64,000 bases of DNA from Podarcis bocagei (Eukaryota), in the NCBI GenBank assembly GCA_964188305.1, contig OZ076888.1; one strand, 5' to 3'. Below the pieces are notes generated by a model that was given only the letters and a program-made list of their open reading frames with translations, made no database searches and was not told the DNA's origin. Positions within the stretch are counted from its first letter, which is position 1, and each line of letters begins with the position of its first letter. This document shows, piece after piece, positions 1-13,167 of the stretch. The translations under genes and the position numbers were made by a program.

Positions 1-1278
1 TCATTGTGAGCTTTAAAACGGTTGTTTTCAGAAAGTTTTCAGAGTGTTTTGTTTTTTATAGCTGTGTAGATCTAGCCTTGGAAAAGGCAGGTGAAGGTAG
101 TAGAAGGAAGAGAAACTGGTAGCTCCAGGGATTGGCAGTGAGCTCCAGATGGATGTGGGCCTTGGGGGGTGTCTAACAATGACATCTCTGAGTGTGCCTC
201 TAATTTGAACTCACATAAGAAGGTATCAGCTATCAAGTTTAGAATACCATAGCTCCTGCCTGTTTCCAATAGATTTTCATGTACTCTCAGTCTGAAATCC
301 AGAACCACTGTGGTGTAATGATCAAGGCTATTAGGCTAAGACATAGAAGACCCAGATTCAAATCATGCTGTTGCTTGAGTGTCTGACCCAGAACATGTTT
401 GCTGTCTCATATCTCAATATCCTCTGGGCATGAGAACTGAGGTGGTATATATTTGTTAGAAAGTGTACTAATGATACTCAGGGCTGCAGGGCTTCCCCTG
501 GAGAAGAATAGATCTTAGAAAGGAATGAACCAAAGGATCCATGAGACATCCTCGAGCTTATAGATGATGGAACTAGACTGGACCATTCCACCAGTAGCAG
601 ACTTGTTTAACCACTGTAGTTTTCAGACATATGCTGGTGTGACATTTCTCTCATCTTGGCAGTAGCAATGATAATGGATTCCTAAAAATTGATTATTAAG
701 ATTCAGTAGCCACTTCCACTGTCAGCCAGGATTGTTTCAAAGCGGCTGCAATTTGTCATTAAGACATAGAGCATTATGAAAGAAATTATACATGGAGCTT
801 TACTGCAAAATGGGAATTGCAGACAAGGTGGCCAAACTCTCACAATTGTTAGAAATGGGAACAATAAATGCATTTGACATTCTCAGCTGGGTACTTATGA
901 GTCAGAGGTGGGGTATCTTTGGTGGGGGGGGGGCAATTTCCTGGATTTCCACTTTCTGAATGTTTGGATGTTATTCTATGAGCCATATCGTATGACATCT
1001 GTTTGATGTGAAATTTTACAAAAGAAAGGAGGGAACCAGCTTTGGGGGATTAGGCACTTACCAACATGTTTGTTTGTTTGTTTGTTTGTTTGTTTGCTTG
1101 CTTGCTTGCTTGCTTGTTTGCTTCCCACCCTTCAACCTAAGGTCCCAGGATGGGTTTCACAATATAAAAACATTTTAAAACAACTTTAAGAAATGGAGAG
1201 CACAAAACAGTATCAGCTATAGTGTGCACAGTTATGATATTCTTATAAATATTAATCTTAAAGATATTAATTGTTATA

Positions 1279-1761
1279 ATGGAATTTATGGAGCTGGCTG
1301 ATCTCACCGGGAGATTCCGCGACCAGAAAGAAGAGGACTACCAAGAAGACTGGAAGAAATTTAAAGACTATTTGAACAAATATTCTAATATTAAAGAAAT
1401 GTAACCACTTGAAAGAACCAATCAGACCTAGGATTAAATTAGACTTAAATATATAAATAAGAAAATGTACTATAAGAAAGGTAAAGAAATTGGAATACGA
1501 CTGTAATATTGTTTTATGAAATAATGATATTGGAAACTGCTACATTCAAATTAAGAGGAAATTCAGATGGAGAGGATTAGAGGAAGTCAACTAAAATGTT
1601 TATGAAAATGGATTTTAATTAATTAATTGAGTTTCTTTTTTCTGTTTAGGTATTTTAAGTTTGTAATTCTTTTTTCTTCTTTTTTCATTTCTCTATTGTG
1701 TTGTTGCATATTTTCTCTTTTGTTATGTCTATTAAAATTAATAAATATTATTGTAAAAAAA
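1279..1761 (+). mobile_element. 5'-truncated L1-clade LINE 3' end (ORF2 C-terminus, 3'UTR, A-tail)
   Basis: 1279-1404 reads MEFMELADLTGRFRDQKEEDYQEDWKKFKDYLNKYSNIKEM*, homologous to the C-terminus of the 14813-15208 ORF. AATAAA and A-tail follow. 13-bp TSD ATTAATTGTTATA at 1266-1278 and 1762-1774. Confidence 0.88.
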
Positions 1762-2439
1762 ATTAATTGTTATAGCACACCATGTAGCCTTTCCACACTG
1801 TTTTGGTTAACCTAGAATCTTCTTGCTTTAATATACCAGTCAGCAATGAAGAAAAATGAAAGTTCTCTCCTCATATTAATTCAAAGGATTGGAGGGATTT
1901 TGGCTTCCTTAGCACCCAAAAAGCTACGGTGAGATTTCACCTCACATTCACGTCCAAAAAGAGCACACTGTTTGCCTTGAATTTTAACAGGTCCTCCTAT
2001 TATTATTTCGAGCACAAAGAACCAAAGGACTTTCAGTGCTGAGAGAAGTTAGCTGTCTGCTGATGGCAGATGGGCAGAAAGAGGAACTCAAACCACGTGG
2101 TGAGAAAACAAAACCCAACTGATTTATTTCAAGCACATGGTCCTCTAGTTCTAATAGTTACCCGAGGCCTCCCGAGGCTCTTTGCATCTGACAAGAAGCA
2201 GATTTAAAGGATGGCTGTGCAAACTCACTTGGGGCATTTGCCATCCATTTTGTCCAAAGGGAAGCATCATGCTGGGAATATTCTGCTTTCCCTTCCATCA
2301 TTCCTCAGTAAATATCTGTAGGCTTAATAAAATCTTTAATCCCCCCTGAAAATATTCAGATGTTTTGTCCAAGCAGAACCACCAGATTCACCTCAGATTT
2401 TACTGTAGGTGAAAATCCATGATAAACTCCCTACTGCCA

Positions 2440-2740
2440 TATGAATTTGCCTGGGCTTTACCAACAGTGGCTGAGGCCCTGCTGTCTGTCCCATCTGCCT
2501 GTGAGTTTAGACAGCCTGGTATAAAGGACAGGGCCTTTTCAGTGACAGCACCAAGACAATGGAAATCCCTGCTGGTGGAGCTCTATTTTGCCCCCTCCTT
2601 ATCTGTTTTCAGGCGACTTATGAAGACCTTTTCCTTTCAGGCTGCTTTGAGAGTACAATCTAGGTTTTCAATCCATTGCTGCTGACTTTGAAGTCTTCAT
2701 TGCTGTCTGCTTTAATCGTTTTAAACTGGGACTGTTACAT
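2440..2740 (+). mobile_element. Old degenerate L2 LINE 3' fragment
   Basis: Translation contains DRAFSVTAPRQWKSL...SLSVFRRLMKT, matching the L2 ORF2 C-terminal motif RAFSAVAPIWWNTL...LTSFRRACKT of the element at 9306. Confidence 0.7.
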
Positions 2741-2914
2741 ATGTTCACATGTACTCTGCTTTTCTTACCTGTAGAAATGAGGTATGAATAATAAACCAAG
2801 CTGAATTCAGCAACATGTTGACTGATTTCTAAGATGGACTTACTGAAACGAGAATGGAAGTCACTGAAACCCTAACATTTTCCTATAGCAGAATGCTGGA
2901 CTAGATAGGAAAGG

Positions 2915-3006
2915 GAGAGAGCTGTGGTCCTCCTAATGTCAGACTGCAACTCCCATGATTCCTGACCATTGCCCTGTTGGCTGGGGCTGGTGGGAGTTGG
3001 TGTTGG
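2915..3006. mobile_element. Degenerate palindromic hAT-type MITE (actacaactccc...gggagttg family)
   Basis: Inverted core caactccca...tgggagttg; similar sequence at 43315-43445 and 51030-51884. Confidence 0.55.
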
Positions 3007-6000
3007 AGAAAAAAATAATTTCATAAAACTGTATTTTCCATTTTTCCATTTTCTTTTGAGTCTGTGGCCTATCTAAACTCAAAGGTCCTGTACCTGCATT
3101 TTACAGTACAGAACTAGCTGCTTTTAGGTACTGTACATAATGAATGGCCATTCCAGGATACTGAAAAGAATAAACTGTTAGAATCTATGGTGGCTGTGGT
3201 ATGCCTGAAAATAAAATCAGCTAGGCATGGCAACTGTGATTAATCTTGAATTGTTTTGTAGACACATGAAAGAGGACATTGGAAGCCTTTTAATGAACAG
3301 GAAAATTAGTCAAATAAAGAAAGACAACAAAAAAATGTTATATGTAATCACATGATATTACGATGAGGGCCAATCTGAAGAACCAAATGATTTTTGATTG
3401 GTTCAGGATGATGACATCAGGTTTGCAACTATTAAGATTGTTGTGATCCTTTGATTGATTAATAGAAATGACATGTGCAATTTGGAATTGTATTAAAAAC
3501 ATTGCTGTGGATGTGGTTCTTTGCAGCCTCCTCCTTATTTCTGAGGCTGTCACTATGCATATTTGTATTTTGATAAAGACCTATCCTTTCACTTGGAACC
3601 TGCACTTTTTACCTGTTCTAGCAAGGCTCTTCTATTCTTCAGGAAATAATGAAAGAATTTGTCAAAATACCCCAAAATATATTTTAAATGTCTGTACTCT
3701 TATTCCTGATGAAGGTTTCATCTTCCTTGGACTTTCTTTTTTTTTTTTTAAGCATCAAGCATTACTTTTGAGTCATAAATAAACCTAACCCACCCTAAAC
3801 CATGACATGAGCACCCAGTCACTGTGTGGAAGCAGAGATGAAGGCACTTGAATATTTTTCACTCCATAACAGGCAAGAAAGCAGGTTCTCATTACTGAAG
3901 AGCTGGAAGCATACACTCTGGTAATACTCACCAGGGGCTCTGTAGCTAAGTAAGCAAAAGAATTACAGTTGCTAATCAATAAGAAAATAAATCTGGAAGG
4001 CCTGAAGACATGATACTTGAATAAAATAAAAAAGTGTTTTATTTTGCCCTGGAGAGTAATAGTAAAACACTTTTCCTTTTGAAAAAGTTGATCTTATTCT
4101 CTCGAGTTGGCCACTGGACAGTAATTTTAATCCTCACCACAGGTAGGTAACAGAACACTAGCATTTTTCCTATATCCATTATATGCATGTAGGAGTAATA
4201 TTTGATCTTTTTGAACAGCAATACCCATGAGAGATTGTTCAGTTCATTATTTCTTCCCAACTATGCACCAGGTTTTTGTCTGGCGTTTCTCATGCTAATG
4301 ATGATTAATAACTGTGAAAGATATTCATCTTTAATTATTTATCAATACAATGCCAGCCCTTGTGGAAAACATGCTAATATATTATTTCTCTTCTTTCAAA
4401 CCAAGAGAAGTTTCATCATGGGGTAGGTAAACGTTTGAGATCTGAAGATCAAGGAAGCTGTAGGGGAATCTGCTACTTGAACTGGACATCTTGTGGACCA
4501 TGGCTGGGACTGAGCCTAGTGATCTCCCTGGAAATGTGAATCCTTAGACTTTCCATTGAGCACAGAGAGTAATAGGGATTTAAGTAATCAGCTTCTGTGT
4601 ATGGCATCCAATAGGAAGGCTCTAGACCAGACTCATATAAGTACTAGGAATCTGGTCTTCAGCCATTGCCTGATCAACATAGTATGCTCCATATACTACC
4701 CTCTGTTCCTCATTTCTCACACTAGTTCAAGGCTTCAACTCCAGCAAAGGATGGAAAGGAGGTTGGGTTGAAAAATCTGTATCCCACATCTTTATTTGAA
4801 GGCTACTCAAGGCTAAGGTAGCTATGAGTTATACCCTACAATTCTACGTTTGAAAGGCTATCCGGTCCAAATCTGGTTGAACAATAAAGAGTCATAAGAA
4901 GGTAGAGGGGGAACCTTGAAGTTGCCATCAACAAATTGACATGGGCAGCAGATTGAGCTATACACAGGTTGCAGTCTTCCCCGCTATGCTGAGCTGTATT
5001 GTGTTTCTATTTAGATTATAATTATTATTTCTAAATTCCCATCTATACATACAAAGATAAATTTTAGCTGGGCATGAGTTAAGTGGTAGCCTTACATAAG
5101 GCCCAGGTCTGGCCCTAACAGGAGTAACAGGAGTAACTGGGGGCTTAGCCTTGTGTTCATATTGCGCTCAAATTTATGGAAAGAACTGTGTTATCTTTGG
5201 TTCTGGCAAATATTCCATAAATTTATTATAATACATCAGATTGAGTCTTATTAGTTTGAAATATATGGGGAAATCACTGAAGAGCCGCCCACCATGAAAC
5301 TGGTGAACGGACACTATTGAAAACAGCCGCCACATATCTCTTGATCATTTCCCACTACTTCCTCTTGCTTGGCAATTATTGGTTCACACACAAACTCTCT
5401 TTATTGACTGCTCAACTTTTGAGAAATCTAAAAGTAAATACCTCAGAGAGGAGTCTTAGACCCTTGCTATCTCTAACACATTCTTTTAGCTGGGCCTAAT
5501 TATTTCCGGTCTTTCCTTTATCTATGCCTCTTGTGACTCCTGCTGTTACTTTTTTTCTTTTGTGTTACTCACTGATGGGATTCTTCTATTCAATGTGTGT
5601 TCTTATTGGGAGGGAGGGGGAGAGAAAAGAAAAGAACCTTTCTGAATATGTTTTCTGCATGGAAATGTTCTCCAGACATTTTTTTACGTGCTATTTAGTC
5701 TTTCCTGCATCCAAGAGCACTTTTAAACCCTCTTGTTTGTACCCAGCTTGCTACACATACTGCATTAAATCCATCTCTCTGGTTCCATTGATTTAAAAAG
5801 CAGTTTGGGGACTAAGAAAGCACAGGTGCAGTCTTGGAAAGTTGTATGAGAACATTCTGCTGATGGTCCTTCTATTGGGGGATAAAAAAATATCTGTTCT
5901 TTCCATAGCATTGCTTCTAATGAAGAGGGGAAAGCATGACATGACAAGAAAATGTGGGAAGGAAAAAGAAATCTCTATGCTTCCATCTTTGGCTAGAGGA

Positions 6001-6497
6001 TGAGATCAGGTGCGGGGAGCATTTATTTAGTCTGTGGGCCACATTCCCTTAGCGAGTAGCTTCTAGGAACCACATGCCAGTGATGGGTGTGGCCAAAGAC
6101 AAAAGTGGTTGAAGTGGTCACTGACCCTTAGCTTTGTACAACAGGCTACATTCTAGCCAGACAAAATTCAAAGGTATCTCCTCAACACACAATCTCCATC
6201 CTTTCAAACAAGCAAGAGGCCTTATCACAGTTCAAAGATACATTCAAGCCAGGCATAAGAGAGCATGGAGCAGGAAAAGTGAGGGGTGTTTCCTGGTGAG
6301 GCAAGTGGCCCATGGGTTCCATTGATAAATCTTGAGGCCCCCATTCATTCCCCAGGCCAGAGGTTTACTACCCCTGAGAGAGAGCTGTGGATGTATTAGG
6401 CTAAGATTTAGCCACTGAGAAAAATCAATTCTTGGCAGCAAACTAGGGACCTGTCAAATGTGCAACTTGCAGCATTTTCTGCAGGACTTTTTTGTTT

Positions 6498-6752
6498 AAG
6501 AAGAAGAAGAAGAAGAGTTTGGATTTGATATCCAGGTTTATCACTACCCAAAGGAGTCTCAAAGTGGCTAACATTCTCCTTGCCCTTCCTCCCCCACAAC
6601 AAACACTCTGTGAGGTAAGTGAGGCTGAGAGACTTCAAAGAAGTGTGACTAGCCCAAGGTCACCCAGCAGCAGCATGTGGAGGAGCGGAGACGCAAACCT
6701 GGTTCACCAGATTACGAGTCTACCGCTCTTAACCACTACACCACAGTGGCTC
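6498..6752 (-). mobile_element. tRNA-derived CORE-type SINE (Squam3/MIR-like) with (CTT)n tail
   Basis: Minus strand begins with a tRNA-like head (tgtggtgtagtggttaagagcggtagactcgtaatctggtgaaccaggtttgcgtc), then a gggtgaccttgggc core and a simple-repeat tail. Confidence 0.75.
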
Positions 6753-6956
6753 TCATGTAGGCCCATTTAAGTGTAGGCCCTCCACTTTTCATTGGGACCA
6801 CAGCACAAAAACCAACCTCCATACTCCAATAAAGAAAAGGGCTTTTTTGAGAATCAATTCTTAAATGGTTAATAATAAGATATATTTCAGCTCCTCAGTT
6901 CCATCACATATCATATAACTAATGTATCTCAACAGGCCTTTTCCTAAGTTACTCAC

Positions 6957-7115
6957 TCTCCAGTTATCCCTCTTCTGCTGGTCAGTCTTGACCACACTGG
7001 TGTCTCCTTTAATTTTTCACTCCTCTCTGTCCAGTCTGGTCCAGAATTCCATCCCATCTCCTCAGGCATATTCAACACGATGGTAGCTTCGTATGCAATG
7101 CTGCTGAGCTTTAGC
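6957..7115 (-). other. Candidate 159-nt exon, product not recognised
   Basis: Acceptor ttctgtcag/ and donor GA/gtgagt; length divisible by 3; one open frame LKLSSIAYEATIVLNMPEEMGWNSGPDWTERSEKLKETPVWSRLTSRRGITG. Confidence 0.25.
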
Positions 7116-7540
7116 CTGACAGAATTGTAAACAGAAGTGGACACATTTAACTTAATTTGAAGCCACTTGGCTTCCCAAGTTTGATCCATGAGACTTTTAA
7201 GGACCACATGTTCTCTGGCCAAAAAGTACTCATTCAGCTTACTTGCTGATTTGTAATGAGGGTTGGCAAGGGGGGGGGAGCTTCTTCACCTTGCCTCTGA
7301 ACTTTAATATAGCCCTAAACAATTTTGTATAATGCAGGATAATATCTATTGTGTTGTAATAACTATGGTACCTTCTTGGACAGAAATAACCATCTTTTGG
7401 AGCTTTTGAATACTCTAGGAATTCCAGAATTGTGTGCCACAGTGTATTAGTGCGCTGAAAGGGGCTATAAAATCTGCCTTGGAAAATTAAGTCACAGCAC
7501 TAGATGCACCTACCACAATAGGGAGATCCATGAAGCGCTG

Positions 7541-7542
<2 letters not shown>

Positions 7543-7580
<38 letters not shown>

Positions 7581-7588
7581 TCTCTCTC
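7543..7588. repeat. (CT)n microsatellite
   Basis: Direct reading. Confidence 0.95.
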
Positions 7589-9079
7589 AGCAAATCTAAA
7601 GCAACTGAAATCATCCTGAGAGGGGAATACATTGGGATTCCTTGATTTAGACCACACTACAACTGAAAAGTGAGGGGGATTCCCACAAGTATCACTGTTT
7701 CCCACCCCTACATTATCTCACCCCTAAGCCATGACTAATTGAAAAAAGGAAAGAATAGGAGACAGGAATATAGGACATGCTTCAATAGGTTCTGATATTC
7801 AGTAGCCCTTCCGTCTTTTTTTCTTTTTGTATTATGTCATAATATCTTATTTTGTACACAGACATTTAAGCAACACAACAAGTCATAACATTAAGATGAG
7901 AACAAACCATTCAAAAATTTACACATGTCCTCATTTCCAGGAGAGCAGCCACAACTGTTATGGCCTCATTGCATTTCAAATGATGCAAAGGAGATTGAAT
8001 GTAATTATGACCCATCTGAGAATAAGAGTTACAGTCATTTATTTTGCCAGAGATGCCACACCATTTTCAATTCCACAGCAATTACTTTATTTTGCACAGA
8101 TCTGTTTTCTGTGTTGTCATTAGCTGATGTGGAAATAAACCTATTTTAGAACACTTTTTCAGCCCACTACTATGCACTTATGTTCAGAAATGGACTTTTT
8201 ATTTTTAAAGTTCCACAAATCCCACTCACCACTGGGTGAAAATTGTTCATGCCTTTTGAGTGCCCTCTGGAAAATAATATTTAAAGGTCATGAACATATT
8301 CAGCAAAGCTTCCAGTTCATCTCAACAGTTAAAAAGTAAACAAATAAAAAAGAAGTTTCTAATATTCATTTCAGCTCTAAAATCAACTATGGTTATCACA
8401 CCAGTATTTGGGGCTGCTTCTTTAAAAAGAGGTAACTTTTGAGCTGATGAGATATTTCTAGCCACTTAACCTGTTAGGTACAACTTTTCCTCCCATTTCC
8501 ACCCACCCCATCCTCTTCAGCATTGCGCAGGAACGATTTGACATATGCAACAGCATGCTCTTCACTGCAAGCTGTGTTCTCATCCTGCAGATCTCATTAA
8601 ATGTCATTACCCGAACACTGGTAGCCATGTGTGGAAGATGTGTTTTATATTTCTCCCTTCCCCAAGCATCCAGATAAGTTCCCTATCCCTCCTACATCAA
8701 TATGATTCAAGCGACAATTAAGAAAGCGCCACTCATTTGCCTGGTACTGGGGAATGCTCCCTGTGCCTGATGGACAGCAACACATCATTGTGTGAGAGAG
8801 ACAAAGAAATCAATATTGTGTGAACTCCACAATCGACTTCAGCAGGGCATAGCTGACATCCCTTGGTGTGTCTGAGGTTGGGGTTCAGGACTAGGGGACG
8901 TGAAGTAGCAGTGGCTGTACTCTCTCTAATTTTGTGTTATGCCATGCCCCCGCAGCAGCCGTATTGTGTTATGCCACACCCCATGGCCGCCATTTTGTGA
9001 CTGGTGTCCCCAGCTCTTTCTTAAAATTCAAAATGTGTCTGCTGGTCCAAAAATGCTGGTGGCCTCTATTGTAAGTTAC

Positions 9080-9129
<50 letters not shown>

Positions 9130-9305
9130 TTTATTTATATCCCGCCCTCCCCAGCCGAAGCCGGGCTCAGGGCGGCTAACAACAATAAAACAGTATAAAA
9201 GTATAGCATAAACAACATTCTAAAATCATTCATTATAAAATTAATTAATTCAGGCCACTGGCAACCATTGGGCCAGAGCTCCGCGAAGATTGCCGAGGGA
9301 GGGAG

Positions 9306-12285
9306 TCAGGCTGTGCCCTGGCCAAAGGCCTGGTGGAACAGCTCTGTCTTGCAGGCCCTGCGGAAAGATGTCAAGTCCCGCAGGGCCCTGGTCTCTTGTG
9401 ACAGAGTGTTCCACCAGATCGGAGCCACAGCCGAAAAAGCCCTGGCTCTAGTTGAGGCCAGCCTAACTTCTCTGTGGCCTGGGACCTTCAAGATGTTTTT
9501 ATTTGAAGACTGTAAGTTTCTCTGTGGGGCATACCAGGAGAGGCGGTCCCGTAGGTATGAGGGTCCTAGGCCGTATAGGGCTTTAAAGGTTAAAACCAGC
9601 ACCTTAAACCTGATCCTGTACTCCACCGGGAGCCAGTGCAGCTGGTGTAGCACCGGGTGAATGTGATCTCGCAGCGAAGACCTCGTAAGGAGTCTCGCTG
9701 CAGCATTCTGCACCCGCTGGAGTTTCTGGGTCAGTCTCAAGGCCAGCCCCACGTAGAGCGAGTTACAATAATCCAGTCTGGAGGTGACCGTCGCGTGGAT
9801 CACAGTGGCTAGGTCCGGGCGAGAGAGGTCAGGAGCCAACTGCTTAGCTTGGTGGAGATGGAAAAATGCCGCCTTTGTTATAGCTGCAATCTGCGCCTCC
9901 ATGGAAAGGGAGGTGTCGAAGATTACACCCAAACTCTTAACGGACGGTGCTGGCACTAATTGCGCCCCAGCAAGAGATGGGAGTTGCCCCCCCAATCCCA
10001 TATCGCCCCGTCCCAGCCACAGGACCTCTGTCTTCGAAGGATTTAGCTTCAACCGGCTCCCACGTAACCATCCAGCCACAGCTTCCAAACATCTGGTCAG
10101 TGTGTCTGGGGCCGAGTCAGGATGGCCATCCATCAACAGATAGAGTTGGGTGTCATCGGCATGCTGATGGCAACCCAGCCCAAAACTCCGAACAAGCTGG
10201 GCGAGGGGGCGCATAAAGATGTTGAAAAGCATCGGGGAGAGTATCGCACCCTGAGGTACTCCACACACCAAGGAGTGGCGCGATGACAATTCCCCCCCAA
10301 GCGCTCTGTCCCCGACCAGAGAGAAACGAGCGCAGCCATTGAAGGACTGTGCCCTGGATCCCCACATCGGCAAGGCGGTGGTCCAGAAGTTCGTGATCGA
10401 CCATGTCGAAAGCTGCTGACAGATCTAGAAGAATCAGCAGCCCCGACCCGCCTCGATCCAGCTGTCTACAAAGATCATCCGTTAGGGCGACCAGAGCCGT
10501 CTCAGTCCCATGACCAGCGTGGAAGCCGGACTGGAATGGATCCAGAGCCGATGTTTCATCCAGAAACCCACCAAGCTGTTCAGCAACCGCTCTCTCAATC
10601 ACCTTACCCAGGAACGGAAGATTCGAAACCAGGCGGTAATTGGATAGATCTAAAGGATCTAATGATGTTTTCTTTAAGAGCGGGCGCACCACTGCCTCCT
10701 TCAGTTCCCCTGGGAATGTCCCCGTGCCAAGGGACAAATTGATGATATCCCCCAGGAGGGCCCGCACCTCGTCTGGACACGCTCTAATCAGCCAAGACGG
10801 GCACGGGTCGAGAGGACAGGTGGTGGGCTTTCCAGCTCGGAGGAGTCTGTCCACATCGGCTGGGGATATCCGGTCGAAGTGGTCCAATACTGGACCCGAG
10901 GACAGTCGAGGGGCCTCCAGTTCCTTTATTGTATCCAAATTGGCAGGGAGGTCATGGCGGAGCAACAAGACCTTCTCCGCAAAAAAGCTCACAAATGCCT
11001 CACAGCTAAGTGTCAAATTGTTATTTAAATTTGTCTGTCCCTCAAGGGACGTTAAAGACCTGATTATACTAAATAATTGCGCTGGGCGAGAGCTAGCGGA
11101 TGCAATGGAGGCCGAGAAGTATGACTTCTTAGCAGCCTTCACCGCCATCTCGTAGGTTTTCATAAAAGCCCTATAAGATGTTCTTGAGGCTCCGTCACGG
11201 GCACCCCGCCATACTCGCTCTAGCCGTCTGAGGTCCCGCTTCATTTTCCGGAGCTCCTCGGTAAACCAGGGAGCCCGGTTTCTGCGGGGTCGCAGAGGGC
11301 GCTTAGGTGCGATCTCATCGATGGCTGCCAGGAGCTGGGTATTCCAGCCCTCAACAAGCTCAGTCAATGAGTCGCCAGGGGGAGTAAGGTGCCGCAAGGC
11401 TTGGCGGAATCTATCAGGGTCCATCAGCCTTTGCGGGCGAGCCCAAATTGGCTTGCCACCTAAGCAGGGTGGGGGTGGAAAGTCAATCCTGGCTTTCAGA
11501 GCGTAGTGATCAGACCATGGCACCTTCATTGAAGGAGACAGGATCACATCTATACCTACGCCAAAGATCAAATCCAGCGTGTGGCCTGCTTGATGTGTGG
11601 GGCCCGAAACAAACTGGGAGAGCCCTAGTGTCGCCATGGAAGACACCAGGTCCAGAGCCTGTGAGGATGGAGTGGCATCAGCATGGATGTTAAAGTCCCC
11701 CAATACCAATAGGTTAGGGAACTCCAAGGCCCAGCTGGCCACCACCTCCAATAGGCCTGACAGGGTGGCTGCTGGTGCGCTAGGTGGCCAGTACACCAGC
11801 CAGACAGCCAAGCTCTCTTCGGAGCCCCACACTAGGCCAACACATTCAATGCCGGGGATCAATGGCGATGGTAGAGCCCTGAAAGGACAATCTTCCCGGA
11901 TTAATAATGCCACCCCTCCCCCCCGGCCCACAGTCCGCGACTGGTGGAGGACGGAGAAACCCAGGGGCGCCATCTCTCGTAAGGTAACTGTTGCCCCTTC
12001 GCGCACCCAGGTCTCCGTCACACAAGCCAGGTCGACCCCCTGTGAGATAAAGAAGTCTCGCAGGGTGGCGGTTTTATTGCCTATAGACCTGGCATTGCAC
12101 AGCACCAGTGACGGAGGTGAGTAATCCTTGCTCACCCTACCCTCGTCCCTTGGGATGGGGCGCAGATTGGAAGGGGTACGAGCATATCCATATCTCGATC
12201 CCCTTCGCCTATAACATCTGCCCCCACCGCCATACCTCCCTCGCCCCTCTACGGTAGCAATCCCAGGCCTCATGGTAGCCTCCAT
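9306..12285 (-). pseudogene. L2 ORF2 endonuclease-reverse transcriptase (about 990 aa), frameshifted near 10305
   Basis: APE motifs CNARSI, VTETW, GGGVALL, GDFNIH, TLDLIF, SDH. RT motifs NYRLVSNL, FQSGF, LLDLSAAFD, GVPQG, HADD. ORFs 10153-12294 and 9306-10373 join at RGQ/ALGG (frameshift consistent with loss of about 5 nt). First ATG at 12285. Confidence 0.93.
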
Positions 12286-12569
12286 TGATGGCAATTAATG
12301 TTATTCTTTTGCAGCCTAAAACAATAAAACCTTAAAACAATAAAACAAAAACAACCCAGAAAGCAATAAAACAATACAAATAAAAACTGCAAAAATTACA
12401 AACTCATCAAAATCCAACAAATTCCCAAGCCCACCCAAACATCCATCCCACCCCCATATATAAAAATCTAAAGGGAAAGGGTTTTTTTTTTAAAAAAAAA
12501 CATGTTAAAAAGAACTCTGCACCCCTACGGGCCCTCCTGGGCAGCAGCAGCAGCAGCGGCAACAACCAT

Positions 12570-13167
12570 CCTTGTGAGGCCCCACCCTGGGCCAGATAGT
12601 AGGTGGCAGGAGCAGTCCTTGTGAGGCCTGTCAGGCCCTCCCTGGGCCAGGTGGTAAGTGGCAAGAAGGATCAGGGCCCTCAGGCACTCACACAAGGGAG
12701 TCCCCCTGGGCAGCAGGCAGCAAGCAGCAAGCAGTCCTTGTGAGGCTTCAGGCCCCGCCCCAAGCCAGATGGTAAGTGGCAAGAGCAGGGCCCTTGGGCA
12801 CTCACCACAGGAGAGTCTTCCTGGGCAGCAGGCAGCAAGCAGTCCTTGTGAGGCTTCAGGCCCCGCCCCAGGCCAGGTGGTAAGTGGCAGGAAGGAGCAG
12901 GGCCCTCAGGCACTCACTCAGAGGAGTCTTCCTGGGCAGCGGGCAGCAAGCAGCATGCAGTCCTTATGAGGCCTCAGGCCCCGCCCCAGGCCAGATGGTA
13001 AGTGGCAAGAGCAGGGCCCTCAAGCACTCACTCAGGGGAGTCCTCCTGGGCGGCAGGCAGCAAGCAGCACGCAGTCCTTATGAGGCTTCAGGCCCCGCCC
13101 CAGGCCAGATGGTAAGTGGCAAGAGCAGGGCCCTCAAGCACTCACTCAGGGGAGTCCTCCTGGGCAG
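12570..13167 (-). repeat. Tandem 108-119 bp monomers in the L2 5'UTR, most with a GC box
   Basis: Unit starts (gtccttRtgaggc) at 12615, 12734, 12842, 12960 and 13074, plus a degenerate unit near 12570. The last four units contain ggccccgcccc (GGGGCGGGGCC on the element strand). Confidence 0.92.

Noticed and set aside
3262-3309. Possible terminal exon (THERGHWKPFNEQEN*) after ttttgtag
   Set aside because: Too short, no recognised homolog and no supporting upstream exon.
9268-12124. Several plus-strand ORFs of 119-175 aa
   Set aside because: They are antisense shadows of the GC-rich L2 ORF2.
12570-13167. CRISPR-like or coding repeat array (ORFs 12658-12969 and 12884-13204)
   Set aside because: Whole units are repeated with no unique spacers, in a eukaryotic LINE 5'UTR; the ORFs are by-products of GC-rich repeats.
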